Assembly: GCA_039024555.1 (NCBI GenBank)
Contig: JBCCQQ010000011.1
Span: 45,269-109,268, forward strand
From: Cyanobacteria bacterium P01_D01_bin.156
GTDB lineage: Bacteria; Cyanobacteriota; Cyanobacteriia; Phormidesmidales; Phormidesmidaceae
DNA length: 64,000 bases
Reading direction: 5' to 3'
Of the stretch, positions 9,453 through 19,669 are shown piece by piece (position 1 is the first letter of the stretch; the number at the start of each line of letters is the position of its first letter). Under the pieces are notes generated by a model. The model did not search any database, was not told the DNA's origin, and worked only from the letters and a program-made list of their open reading frames with translations. Both the position numbers and the translations under genes were made by a program.

Positions 9453-11888
9453 CTAGGCAAAATTTACCGGCTCAGCATTTTGCACTAGATAATTTTCGGC
9501 TTTTGCAGCTGGTAGGGGTTTAGAAAATAGATATCCTTGGCTCGCATCACAGCCGAGCATTTGTAACTCGGTTAATTGGTCGAGAGTTTCCACCCCCTCT
9601 GCAATGGTTTTAAACCCTAATGCTTTGGCTAGATTCACAATCGCACTCGTAATTCTAAAATTGCGATCGCTACTATTTAGCTTATTTACAAAAGAACGAT
9701 CAATTTTGATGGTACTTATGGGAAATTGCTGCAAATATCGTAACGATGAAAACCCAGTCCCAAAGTCATCAAGACTAAGCTCAATCCCTCGACTGCGAAT
9801 CAAGTCCATAATCTCGGTAGCCGCTTGAATATTATGGATAAGACTACTTTCAGTGATCTCTAATTTAAGACATTGTGGATCTAATTGAGTCTCCATCAGA
9901 ATAGTATCAAGGGTATCAATCAGAGAAGGATCTCGAAACTGCTGTCCAGACAAATTCACACTGAGGTATAAATCTGTTGAGGCTTTACCTTCGACCTGCC
10001 AAGTTTTGAACTGTTGGCAAGCATTACGTAAAACCCAAGTACCAATAAAATGAATCTGTCCTGTTTCTTCAGCAATGGGAATAAATTCAGAGGCTGGTAT
10101 CATGCCCTTTTCTGGCTGATACCAGCCCAGTAAGACCTCAAAACCTTCAAGCTGATGGGAGTTGTCTAAGTTAACAAGGGGTTGGTAGTACAGGCAAAAC
10201 TCTTGCTTATCAATCGCTTTACGTAAAGCCGTTTCGGTTTCTACTAAATGTAGCGTTTGCAAATACATGGTCTGATCAAACACAACATAGCTGGCTTTTC
10301 CCTGACTTTTGGCCTGATACATAGCAATGTCAGCATCACGGATAATTTCATCCACTGATTGATACGATAAATTGGAAAAAACAACACCGATACTGGCACT
10401 GGTAAAAATCTCCCGAGCCTCTAAGTGAAACGGTTTTTGTAACTCATTTTGCAAGCGATACACCGTCTTTAGAGCATCTAAATGATGCTCTAGATTCTCT
10501 AATAGAATCAGAAACTCATCCCCCCCCAAGCGGGCTACGCTATCGACGCCTCTAACCATCGCCTTCAGCCTTTGGGAGACCTGAACCAGAAGCTGATCGC
10601 CCACCAAGTGCCCAAGACTGTCATTGATATGTTTAAAGTTATCGAGATCTACAAACAGAACAGCAAAATGTTTATGGGAATGCCGTTTCAGATGCTTGAT
10701 TGCCAGTCCCAATCGATTTAGACAACAGACTCGGTTATCCAGACCTGTCAGGCTATCGTGTAGTGTTTCGTAGGTTAAACGAGCTTCAGAAGCCTTTTGC
10801 TGAGAAATATCACGCCCACTGCCATACAGTAAATTCTCTTGGGGAAATGGCACTAAATTCCATGCTATCCAATGATAATATCCGTCTGTTGAACGCACTT
10901 TGCATTCCAGAGCGTTAATTTCTTGTCCTTGGGCTAGGGTGTCTTGCAACCTGCGTTTACTATTCTGATCATCTGAAAGCATTAATTGCCAGAAGGACTG
11001 GCCTAACAGATCATCAGCCGCATACCCCAATGTGGTAGCCCAAGAAGGATTGATGCGCCTAAATATACCGTCCGCATCTGCAATAAATAACAAATCAATA
11101 GCGATGTTAAAAAAACGATCACGCTCTAGTTCGGCTTGCTTACGTTCGGTGATATCATGAATCATCCCAAATCGTAAGGTTTGTTGTTGCGCTTTTACCC
11201 ACGACTCAGATAACAATACCGTTCGATCGAGTCCTATGGAAGACTTTAGGGAAAGTTCAGTTTGGAATATTGTGGACTTTTGCGTTTGACGCTTTCGGTT
11301 TCCCTGAGATAATATTTTTTGTAGTATTGGATACTGGGATAATTCTGCCCCATGTCCCAGTGTAGTTTTAGGAGAAAAAGTACAGAGCTGTCTGAGAGAT
11401 TGATTTAAAAATAGCAACTCTCCTTCTTCGGTGGTCATGTACACACCATCATGAATACTCTGTAGCACATGGGTCAATAAACATATTTCAGCCGCTGCTT
11501 GAGTTCGTTCTATCGCATGTAGAATCGAACGTTCCAGCAGTGGCCCCGTCAACAGATCCCCTTTAACTAAATAATCTGAAGCCCCCATAGCCATACATTG
11601 ACGATCAATGTCATAGTTACCCAACCCTGTCAACAGGATTATCGGCTTACGTAGACCAGACTCTACAGCAGTTTGCAACAGCTTTAACCCCGTTTCTGCC
11701 CCCAAGCGATAGTCTAATAAGTAAACATCATGAAAATCCTTATGCAGTGCTTCAAGTCCGGCCTGAAACGTGCTTACCCAGGTTAACTCAAAGGATGCTT
11801 GCTCCGATTCTTGTAACAAGTCTCGGGTAACAATGTAATCATCTTCATCATCGTCGATTAGTAAGACTCGGTAAGCTAAATCACTCAT
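9453..11888 (-). CDS. REC-PAS-PAS-GGDEF-EAL signalling protein
   Basis: Receiver domain (LLIDDDEDD, LLDY), PAS folds, RLGGDEF with RGVD I-site, EAL region (LDDFGTGFSS, KIDRSF). Start placed at the ATG at 11888. Confidence 0.9.
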   Translation of the reverse strand: MSDLAYRVLLIDDDEDDYIVTRDLLQESEQASFELTWVSTFQAGLEALHKDFHDVYLLDYRLGAETGLKLLQTAVESGLRKPIILLTGLGNYDIDRQCMAMGASDYLVKGDLLTGPLLERSILHAIERTQAAAEICLLTHVLQSIHDGVYMTTEEGELLFLNQSLRQLCTFSPKTTLGHGAELSQYPILQKILSQGNRKRQTQKSTIFQTELSLKSSIGLDRTVLLSESWVKAQQQTLRFGMIHDITERKQAELERDRFFNIAIDLLFIADADGIFRRINPSWATTLGYAADDLLGQSFWQLMLSDDQNSKRRLQDTLAQGQEINALECKVRSTDGYYHWIAWNLVPFPQENLLYGSGRDISQQKASEARLTYETLHDSLTGLDNRVCCLNRLGLAIKHLKRHSHKHFAVLFVDLDNFKHINDSLGHLVGDQLLVQVSQRLKAMVRGVDSVARLGGDEFLILLENLEHHLDALKTVYRLQNELQKPFHLEAREIFTSASIGVVFSNLSYQSVDEIIRDADIAMYQAKSQGKASYVVFDQTMYLQTLHLVETETALRKAIDKQEFCLYYQPLVNLDNSHQLEGFEVLLGWYQPEKGMIPASEFIPIAEETGQIHFIGTWVLRNACQQFKTWQVEGKASTDLYLSVNLSGQQFRDPSLIDTLDTILMETQLDPQCLKLEITESSLIHNIQAATEIMDLIRSRGIELSLDDFGTGFSSLRYLQQFPISTIKIDRSFVNKLNSSDRNFRITSAIVNLAKALGFKTIAEGVETLDQLTELQMLGCDASQGYLFSKPLPAAKAENYLVQNAEPVNFA

Positions 11889-12076
11889 TGTTACGACTTC
11901 CCTAATATCTATGACGATAAGCACTGCGTCTTTAAGATGGGCATCTCTACCAGGAAAACTTTTAATACTTTAGACCTTTAAAGAGCTCTGGAAAGTCGTA
12001 AAGTTTTAACGTATGGGAGATTAAATTAGCCTTGACATATTATTCAAAGAGTTGCTCTAAGTAGTCCTTAAAACCT

Positions 12077-12541
12077 CTAAGCTGAGCTGACCTCATCTGG
12101 TAAATGTACAAGTTGAAACCAGTATGTGCCAAGAATTTTTACAATATCAACCATGGATTGAAAGTTTACAGGTTTAGTAATAAATGAACTAGCACCTAAA
12201 TCATAGGTTTTCAGAATATCTTCTTCGGCTTTGGAGGTGGTTAATACTACAACTGGGATGCTACGTAACTCAGGATTATTTTTAATCTCTTCTAGAGCTT
12301 CACGACCATCTTTTCGAGGCATATTAAGATCCAATAAAATTATCGAAGGGCGAGGGGCAATGCCAGGTTCACTATAATTTCCCCGTCGATATAGATAATC
12401 CATAAGGTCTTCTCCATCTTCAACGAAGTACAGTTCGTTGACAAGTCGATTTTCGGCTAAAGCCTCCCGAGTAAGAAGGCGATCGTCTTCATCATCATCA
12501 GCCATTAGAATAATGACAGGTTTACTCCGTTGTTGAGACAT
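12077..12541 (-). CDS. Single-domain response regulator (Rcp1-like)
   Basis: ILMADDDEDD, LLDLNMPRKDG, LTTS, FITKP; ATG at 12541 with AAGGAG RBS, overlapping the end of the kinase gene. Confidence 0.92.
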   Translation of the reverse strand: MSQQRSKPVIILMADDDEDDRLLTREALAENRLVNELYFVEDGEDLMDYLYRRGNYSEPGIAPRPSIILLDLNMPRKDGREALEEIKNNPELRSIPVVVLTTSKAEEDILKTYDLGASSFITKPVNFQSMVDIVKILGTYWFQLVHLPDEVSSA

Positions 12542-15500
12542 TCTCTTCTCCTTGAAAATGATGAACTGGGAGGGTAGCAATAAAAATTGATCCCTCTCCA
12601 GGCTGGCTTTCTGCTCGGAGCGTGCCCCCGTGGCGACGAATCACCTTACGACAAATTGCTAAACCAATACCGCTGCCTTCATAGACTTTCCGCCCATGGA
12701 GGCGCTGAAATGGTTGAAAAATGCGATCGCAATACTTAACATCAAAACCTATACCATTATCGATTACCCTCAATTCACAAACCTCCTTTTCTCCTACAAG
12801 TGAATGTAATACCCTCACCTGAATCTCGGGTATTACATCAGGTTTATGAAACTTGAGGGCATTACTCAGAAGATTTTGAAAAACCTGTTGCATTTGCGTA
12901 CGGTCAGCATCGATCGTCGGTAGCGGATCTACATCTACGGTAGCTCTAGTTTGCTCAATACGAACCTCTAAATCTGATAAAACCCCCGCCATAACTTGTG
13001 CTAAGTCCGTAGGAGTAAAGGGTTTAGCTTGCGTTGTCACTCGCGAAAAACTCAGCAAATCATTAATAAGTGTCTGAGCACGTACTGCCGCATTTAGCAT
13101 TCGGGCTAAATAGTCTTGCCCCCTTTCAGACAGTCCATCTTGGCAGGTATGGCTTAACCGATCGCCAAAGGCTTGCACTTTTCGTAAGGGTTCCTGAAGA
13201 TCGTGGGACGCCACATAGGCAAAGTCCTGAAGTTCCTGATTACTTTCCTCTAATCGTTCGGTAGTATGCTGCAGAGTCTTAATTACTTGCTGACGCGCTA
13301 TGATTTCAGTCTTAAGTTTTTGCTCTGCTACCTTACGCGCAGAAATGTCCCGCATGATTGTTGAGTCACCAATGATCTGACCAGACCGATCCCTAAGGGG
13401 AGAAATGGTGAGCGAGACGTCTAACAGTTTACCGTTTTTATGGCGTCGCGCTGTTTCAAACTGTTCAATGCCCTTACCTTGTTTGAGCTGTTCAAAACTT
13501 TGACTAGCTTCAGCAACGTGATCCATCGGAGAAAGCATGGTCACCGGTTGCCCAATGGCCTCTAATGCCGAATACCCCAATAGTTTTTCGGCCCCCGCAT
13601 TCCAGCTGGTCACAACCCCACTGAGATCTTTTGTGATAATGGCATCTTCGGTAGACTGAACCACTGCTGCCAGCAACCGGGACGTTTGTAACGCTCGATA
13701 ATGCTGCACCGTGCGCCAAACCAAGTTGGCAATTAACTGCACCGTTTCAACATCCATATCGGTGTAGTTATTGTTCTTGATGCCCACTCCTGTGAGCATC
13801 ACAACTTTGCCATTTTCAATAACAGGAACACTCAAGAGACGATTAAGCTGCTCATGTTCTTTAAGTTCCCGTTCTTTAAGAAGCCCTTGGTCATGTGAAG
13901 AGGGATCACAGGGGCAATTGTAGATCACAGGCTGACGCTGATGTAGAACATCGGCCAAAATCCTCGCCTGATCAATAGAAGGTTGAGGCTTACAGACAGT
14001 ATTCCCCAAGGCAGTTAATGGTCTTTGTTCCCCATTCACCAGTTCAAACGTTTCTTGATCCCCATGCACCAGATACAGAAATGTCATCTGGCTACCCGTT
14101 AGGGTCTTAGCAATGTCCTGAGCCTGCTGCATAAATTCCTGTTCATCCAACTGCTCAGCTAACTGTGGTAGCTCTAATAAAGCCTCTGCCCGACGTGCCT
14201 GGTGGGTCAGAGCTAACTCAGCGGCATAAATTTTTGAGATATCTCGCACGCTAACTACGGCCCCGGTAATGGTTCCATCTTCTTCGCAATAGGGAACATA
14301 GGTAACATCCAGATACTCCTGTAGCTCATCGGTCAGGGAAAATAGGCTCTGATAGTTAACTTTGTCCCCGGCAAAGGTACGGTCCAAATTAGGTTTTACA
14401 GTTTGCAAAAATGCATCCTCGCCTAGAAGCTCCGCCACTGAATGACCAATAATCTCGGCTTTAGATTTACCAAACTTTCGAGCATAGGCATCATTGACCA
14501 TGGAATAGATATAGTTGCAATCTATAAACGACATATGGTCAGGCGTGGTACAAATTGCTCTCTCATAGAGGCGCAACATCTCTTCCGTTTGCTTTCGAGC
14601 ATTAATATCTTCAACAATGCCAATCAAGTAACCTGGTTTACCACTGTGTCCGCTTACTAATGAACAGGTCAAATTAGTCCAGGTTACAGTCCCATCTTTG
14701 CGAAGATAGCGTTTTTCCATGCGGAACGTGTCAACCTGACCGGTAAGTAGCTGTTGCACATTATCCAAATCAGTCTCCAAATCCTCTGGATGCGAAATAT
14801 CTTGGAACGAAAGATTTAAAAGTTCTGCTTTGGCATAACCAACAATCTCGCAAAAGCGCTGATTGACGCGCAAAAGCTTGCCAGTAAGAGAAACATGACC
14901 AATTCCTACAGCCGCTTGCTCAAAGGTATTTCGGAACAGGGCCTCTTGTTGTGCGACTTCATTTTTAGCCGCTTTCAGTCGGATTTCTGTTTGTTTACGC
15001 TCAGTAATATTAGTGAGGCATCCTATATAGCCAACCGCTTCATGGGCATGGTTGAATTCTGGGACAGCTTCCTCATATACCCAGGTTACTGGCCCCGATG
15101 GACGGCCAAACCGATATTCCAACTTAAAGGGAAGATTCTGGCTAGTAGCTTTATGCCATTCTGCCAAAATGTTGTTTCGATCCTCTGGATAAAGCCCCTG
15201 GGTCCACCCCGTCCCTAACATTTGCTCACGAGATAACTGAGCAATACTACACAGATGTTCATTAACGTAGATACAGTTGCCATGAGTATCTGCACGAAAA
15301 ATTCCTACCGGGGCAGTAGCCGCAAGGCTAGTAAAGCGTTTTTCAGTCTCTATCAACAGGTTTTCGGCGTTTTTACGAGCGGTGATGTCGTAGTTAGTTC
15401 CAATCATCCGCATGGGGGTTCCTTGGTCATCCCATTGAACTAGACCATCTGCTTTTCGATAGTGGATTGTGCCATTGGCATGAATAACTCGATATTCAAT

Positions 15501-16172
15501 GTCATAAATAGCTTCATCACGTAAAGCACTCTGTATAGCAGCTTCTACGGCTGTGCGATCCTCTGGATGAATACGCCTAACCCAAGCGTCGTAATCTTCC
15601 CCAAATGTCTCTGGAGAAGTGCCGTATAGTCTGTGCAGCCGATGATCCCATACCACCCTATTGCAAGGGATATCCCAATCCCAAATACCAATACCTGCGG
15701 CTTCTAAAGCTAAGTCCAATCGGGTAGATAATTCTCGCAACTCAGCCTCAGTGTGTCGATGTGCAACGATTTCCTGCTCCAATTGTTGCCTTAAAGCCTC
15801 TAGTTCAGCGGGAGTGCGCAACTCTAACGCTTTGGGAATCAACGGAATGATGGCAATCGCTGCATATGCAGAGATCCCGGCTGTTATCGCTTTAAGAATA
15901 CCGGCAACCCAGTAGCCCGAATGCCATAGATTCGAAACTCCAACCAAATGCGTAGTTCCACAAAAAATGATAACTACCGCAAAAAGTAGAAAATATTTCG
16001 AAAAGATCACATTGCGGCGCTTTCTGAGGAAATATAAAAGAATAATGAGAATAAAATAGTAAACCAGCCCAATCAGGGTATCGGATACTAAATGTAATCC
16101 AACCAAGCTAGATGTCCATAAATTACAATAGCCACGGGGTATGTACTGGCTAAGCAAAAGGATACTGAACAT
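12522..16172 (-). CDS. Sensor histidine kinase: ethylene-receptor-like 3-TM domain, multiple PAS/PAC, GAF, HisKA, HATPase
   Basis: N-terminal SD..IG..YY.I and IIFCGTTH; about five PAS/PAC units; H-box ASHDLQEPLR; N-box NLLSNALKF; DNGIGF; GSGIGLAIC. Confidence 0.92.
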   Translation of the reverse strand: MFSILLLSQYIPRGYCNLWTSSLVGLHLVSDTLIGLVYYFILIILLYFLRKRRNVIFSKYFLLFAVVIIFCGTTHLVGVSNLWHSGYWVAGILKAITAGISAYAAIAIIPLIPKALELRTPAELEALRQQLEQEIVAHRHTEAELRELSTRLDLALEAAGIGIWDWDIPCNRVVWDHRLHRLYGTSPETFGEDYDAWVRRIHPEDRTAVEAAIQSALRDEAIYDIEYRVIHANGTIHYRKADGLVQWDDQGTPMRMIGTNYDITARKNAENLLIETEKRFTSLAATAPVGIFRADTHGNCIYVNEHLCSIAQLSREQMLGTGWTQGLYPEDRNNILAEWHKATSQNLPFKLEYRFGRPSGPVTWVYEEAVPEFNHAHEAVGYIGCLTNITERKQTEIRLKAAKNEVAQQEALFRNTFEQAAVGIGHVSLTGKLLRVNQRFCEIVGYAKAELLNLSFQDISHPEDLETDLDNVQQLLTGQVDTFRMEKRYLRKDGTVTWTNLTCSLVSGHSGKPGYLIGIVEDINARKQTEEMLRLYERAICTTPDHMSFIDCNYIYSMVNDAYARKFGKSKAEIIGHSVAELLGEDAFLQTVKPNLDRTFAGDKVNYQSLFSLTDELQEYLDVTYVPYCEEDGTITGAVVSVRDISKIYAAELALTHQARRAEALLELPQLAEQLDEQEFMQQAQDIAKTLTGSQMTFLYLVHGDQETFELVNGEQRPLTALGNTVCKPQPSIDQARILADVLHQRQPVIYNCPCDPSSHDQGLLKERELKEHEQLNRLLSVPVIENGKVVMLTGVGIKNNNYTDMDVETVQLIANLVWRTVQHYRALQTSRLLAAVVQSTEDAIITKDLSGVVTSWNAGAEKLLGYSALEAIGQPVTMLSPMDHVAEASQSFEQLKQGKGIEQFETARRHKNGKLLDVSLTISPLRDRSGQIIGDSTIMRDISARKVAEQKLKTEIIARQQVIKTLQHTTERLEESNQELQDFAYVASHDLQEPLRKVQAFGDRLSHTCQDGLSERGQDYLARMLNAAVRAQTLINDLLSFSRVTTQAKPFTPTDLAQVMAGVLSDLEVRIEQTRATVDVDPLPTIDADRTQMQQVFQNLLSNALKFHKPDVIPEIQVRVLHSLVGEKEVCELRVIDNGIGFDVKYCDRIFQPFQRLHGRKVYEGSGIGLAICRKVIRRHGGTLRAESQPGEGSIFIATLPVHHFQGEENVSTTE

Positions 16173-16672
16173 TTTGGAGAATAACCTTTGGATTTCTCAA
16201 ATCAGCTCAATGCACTCCTAATTATTAATTATTTTTGATTAGTATTCTCGTCTGAAAAACGGTTTAAATCTGTCAATATCAATCTCATAAAATCGACTTA
16301 TTTTTATTCAAAAGCTATATTCAATAGTCACTTCACGCTCTAAGAAACCATTTTTCCCCTTGCAAACATTCAAATAAGTTTACAAGAGGAAATGTACGCC
16401 AACAGGGAGTTAAGAAACCTCTGTTGACAGCCAACAGAGAATAGTTGATGGATACCAATAGATAGCCAAAACATCTAAAAATGAAGTGTTCTAGGGAATC
16501 AGAAAAAGACTTTTCACTGAGTCATCCAAATCCTTAAATTATTAAAAAAATGTGAAACAGATTTACAGACCATCCATTTGTAAAAGGATTCGATAAACGT
16601 TCTATCTATAATGATATTGTTAGGGTCTGAACATAATTCTATAAGTGAGTTGTTAATTTTCCTTAGCTTGTG

Positions 16673-16736
16673 AACGAAATGTTGTTAATTAACTTATAAG
16701 GGTGCACTGCCAGAAGTTAATTAACAACATTTCGTT
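16673..16736. repeat. Perfect 23-bp inverted repeat with 18-bp spacer
   Basis: AACGAAATGTTGTTAATTAACTT (16673-16695) is the exact reverse complement of 16714-16736. Confidence 0.9.
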
Positions 16737-16966
16737 TTATCGATATCTTTAAGCCATTAAAGAAGCTTTTGAAGATATAAGAAAGTTAGCTAAGTCACCT
16801 CGTATTTTTATCTGTACACGTTTATAACAAAGTACATAGGCTTGCTACAAAGGCTCAGATCTTACTGGCAAAGTTTCACATGCGGCGGAAATTTGTGTGG
16901 CTAAAGTTACCATTGGCGAGGTAAACCTACGCTAAAGTCACACTTAATCGTTAAGCTAGCTCTGCT

Positions 16967-18073
16967 GTGCCTAATCTTACATCCCAGGATTTGGATGTTT
17001 CTCGCTTATTGTTTGATCTTAAGCGCTGTGGAGAGCTGGTGAGCAGATTTACAGGCTGGTTAGATCCGGATGCGATCGCAACCTGTGTCACCAACGGATT
17101 AGTAGAGCAATTTGGCTGTGCCTTTAGCCGCATCTGGCTAGTGGAGCCTGACCGCACCACGCTGCGACTGGTATCTTCGTCGGGGTTATACACCCGCCTG
17201 GATGGGGACTTTGCTCGGGTCCCCATGGGCGCCTTTAAGGTGGGCAAAATCGCCCAGCACTGCATCCCTTTTTTAAGCAACTGCCTACCGGACGAAGACT
17301 GGGTCAAAGACCGGGAATGGGCCATCGCCAATAATATCCAAGGATTTGCCGGACTGCCCTTGATGGTAGACAAGCAGGCCCTGGGGGTACTGGCAATCTT
17401 TAGCCATCAACCCATGGCACCGGAATTTTTAGAGGTGTTGCAAATCCTCTGTTTGTCTGTGTCTGGGGCGCTGGCCAGTGCCGTTAACCACCAAGCCCTA
17501 TTACAAACACCGGAAACCGCCCACCTATCGGAACAGATGGCCGCCATTTTGGGAGGACAACGGCTCAGCTTATTGGGAACAGAACAACCCCTGACGCTAC
17601 CCGTTACTCAACTACTGCTCCAGATGGCCGAACGTTTAGTACAGCTATCTTGCCAATACTGCCGTCTGGTGTACGACAACGACACAGTGGTGCTAGAAGC
17701 CATGGTGGCAACAACTCTGCGGCAGCCCCTCGATCAAAGAGAGCTATTGGAGACGTTTCAGGACATTTTACTCACAGGACAGGCCCTAGGGGGTGAATTA
17801 CAGCTACAGACGGGGCCTGACGTGGCTCAGCTACGGTTACAGCTACCGCAGAAGGTTAGCCAGCCGGTTCGGATGCCGTCTCCACTGTCTGAACGGGAGT
17901 TGGAAGTGATGCAGCTATTGGCCCAGGGACATCGCGATCGCGACATTGCAGAACAGTTATTTATCAGTGAGCGAACAGTTAAGTTCCACGCAAAAAATAT
18001 GCTGGAAAAATTGGATGTACGGACACGGATTCAAGCCATCTTTGAAGCCACCCGCAAAGGGTGGTTAAGCTAA
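16967..18073 (+). CDS. GAF-domain LuxR-family transcriptional regulator
   Basis: N-terminal GAF (FSRIWLVE..LRLV.SSG, GFAGLPL..LGVLAIF) and C-terminal LuxR HTH (LSERELEVMQLLAQG...IAEQLFISERTVKFH). Confidence 0.88.
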   Translation: MPNLTSQDLDVSRLLFDLKRCGELVSRFTGWLDPDAIATCVTNGLVEQFGCAFSRIWLVEPDRTTLRLVSSSGLYTRLDGDFARVPMGAFKVGKIAQHCIPFLSNCLPDEDWVKDREWAIANNIQGFAGLPLMVDKQALGVLAIFSHQPMAPEFLEVLQILCLSVSGALASAVNHQALLQTPETAHLSEQMAAILGGQRLSLLGTEQPLTLPVTQLLLQMAERLVQLSCQYCRLVYDNDTVVLEAMVATTLRQPLDQRELLETFQDILLTGQALGGELQLQTGPDVAQLRLQLPQKVSQPVRMPSPLSERELEVMQLLAQGHRDRDIAEQLFISERTVKFHAKNMLEKLDVRTRIQAIFEATRKGWLS

Positions 18074-18085
18074 GCACGAATTCAC

Positions 18086-19036
18086 TTAATATCCCTGTTG
18101 TCGATTCACCGCTGTTGGCATCGTCCCCTTGGATAGAAACACCATAATGTTCTCCATGGCAATTTTTGACGCTGTGGTTTTGTTGGTAGGTGCAGAAATG
18201 TGGGGTAAAACCGTAATCTGCGGATGGCTCCAAAATACATGGTCCTTGGGTAACGGTTCTTGGGAAAAAACATCTAGCACAGCATGATTGAGCTGGCCTG
18301 CATTTAAGGCATTGAGCAACGCTGTGTCATCAACAATGGGTCCCCGAGCAAAATTAATTAGAGATGCCCCCTCTGGCATATTGTTAAAGGCATTCGCATC
18401 TAACAAACCGTGGGTTTCATGGGTCAGCGGCAGAAGAATCACCACAATATGGCTACTTTGCAATACGTGTCGCAGACCGTTAACACCAGAACAACTATTA
18501 ATGCCCAGACAATTGCCTCCACTGCGACTCCAACCATAGACGGTAAATCCATTGTCAATCAATCTAGACGCTGCTTTTATCCCCAGCTTGCCAAGGCCAA
18601 GGATGCCAACAGTGCGGTCTTGAGGTAACGGCACACAATGCTGAGCCCAAATATGTTGTGCTTGCTGCTGACGATATGTGGGCATATCTCGATGCAAATA
18701 GAGCACCCAGGCCAACACTGCCTCAGCCATGGTTTCTGCTAACTGCGGATCGGTCATGCGAACAATCTGTAGCGTATCAGGAACACTTTTCAGCAAGGTT
18801 TCTACCCCCGCCCAAAGACTCTGCACCCACTTTAGGTTAGGCAATTGTTCTAGCTCGGCGGGATCAGGATTGGCTACTATCGCTACCTCAACAATGTGTT
18901 TTTCCTCTTCACTACACTCAGCCAAGGGCGCTACACAGATATCTAGATCAGCAGGTGCAGCCTGGGTAAGGGCCGTAATCCATCGGTTTCGTTCATTGGC
19001 ATTAATACGACCAATAAAAGGAATTTTGACACTCAT
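18086..19036 (-). CDS. ghrA: D-2-hydroxyacid dehydrogenase, glyoxylate/hydroxypyruvate reductase A-like
   Basis: SLWAGVE, GILGLGKLG, LLPLT.ET, INFARG, LDVF..EPLP, PHISA. Confidence 0.8.
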   Translation of the reverse strand: MSVKIPFIGRINANERNRWITALTQAAPADLDICVAPLAECSEEEKHIVEVAIVANPDPAELEQLPNLKWVQSLWAGVETLLKSVPDTLQIVRMTDPQLAETMAEAVLAWVLYLHRDMPTYRQQQAQHIWAQHCVPLPQDRTVGILGLGKLGIKAASRLIDNGFTVYGWSRSGGNCLGINSCSGVNGLRHVLQSSHIVVILLPLTHETHGLLDANAFNNMPEGASLINFARGPIVDDTALLNALNAGQLNHAVLDVFSQEPLPKDHVFWSHPQITVLPHISAPTNKTTASKIAMENIMVFLSKGTMPTAVNRQQGY

Positions 19037-19458
19037 AATGCAAATACATCCTCAAGTTTGGCAAAACTTTTAACCTCAATGGGGTTACCTGACGGGTCGC
19101 AAAAGAACATTGTCCATTGTTCTCCTGGCTGCCCTTGAAACCGAACCGTGGGTTCTAACACAAAATCAATATCTGCCTTGACTAGGCGACTGGCTAATTG
19201 ATCCCAATCATCCTTGGTCAAAATCACCCCCAGATGAGGTATGGGAACCCGATATTCATCAACATGTCCGGTGTTTTTTACGGTAAAGGGTTTTCCTAAG
19301 TGGAGAGATAGCTGATGGCCATAGAACTCAAAGTCGATCCATGTTTGGGTGCTGCGTCCTTCTCGACAGCCTAGAATACCTCGATAGAAATGTCGTGCTT
19401 CGTCTAAATCTGTCACGTTATAGGCAAGATGAAAAAGCGATCGCATCTTTTTGCACAT
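19033..19458 (-). CDS. VOC/glyoxalase-family protein
   Basis: FHLAY.V.DL..AR.FY, W.DF.FYGHQL, PHLGVIL, EQWTMFFCDPSGNPIEVK; overlaps the next gene by 4 bp. Confidence 0.85.
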   Translation of the reverse strand: MCKKMRSLFHLAYNVTDLDEARHFYRGILGCREGRSTQTWIDFEFYGHQLSLHLGKPFTVKNTGHVDEYRVPIPHLGVILTKDDWDQLASRLVKADIDFVLEPTVRFQGQPGEQWTMFFCDPSGNPIEVKSFAKLEDVFAL

Positions 19459-19669
19459 TTCCTAGAAGACTGAGCCATTAATGTAGCATCCATATCCTCT
19501 GTGTTTAGAATAGACGGGCATCACTGAATGTCAGAATGATTTTAGTATTCAAATCCTGACTATTGAAAGATTTTATGGACCCGGCAAATCAGCACGGCGT
19601 AAAAGCATTCTAATCAGGAATGATTGATTTATTTTGTGAGGCATTTAATGATTCCTCTGCTTTCTGACC

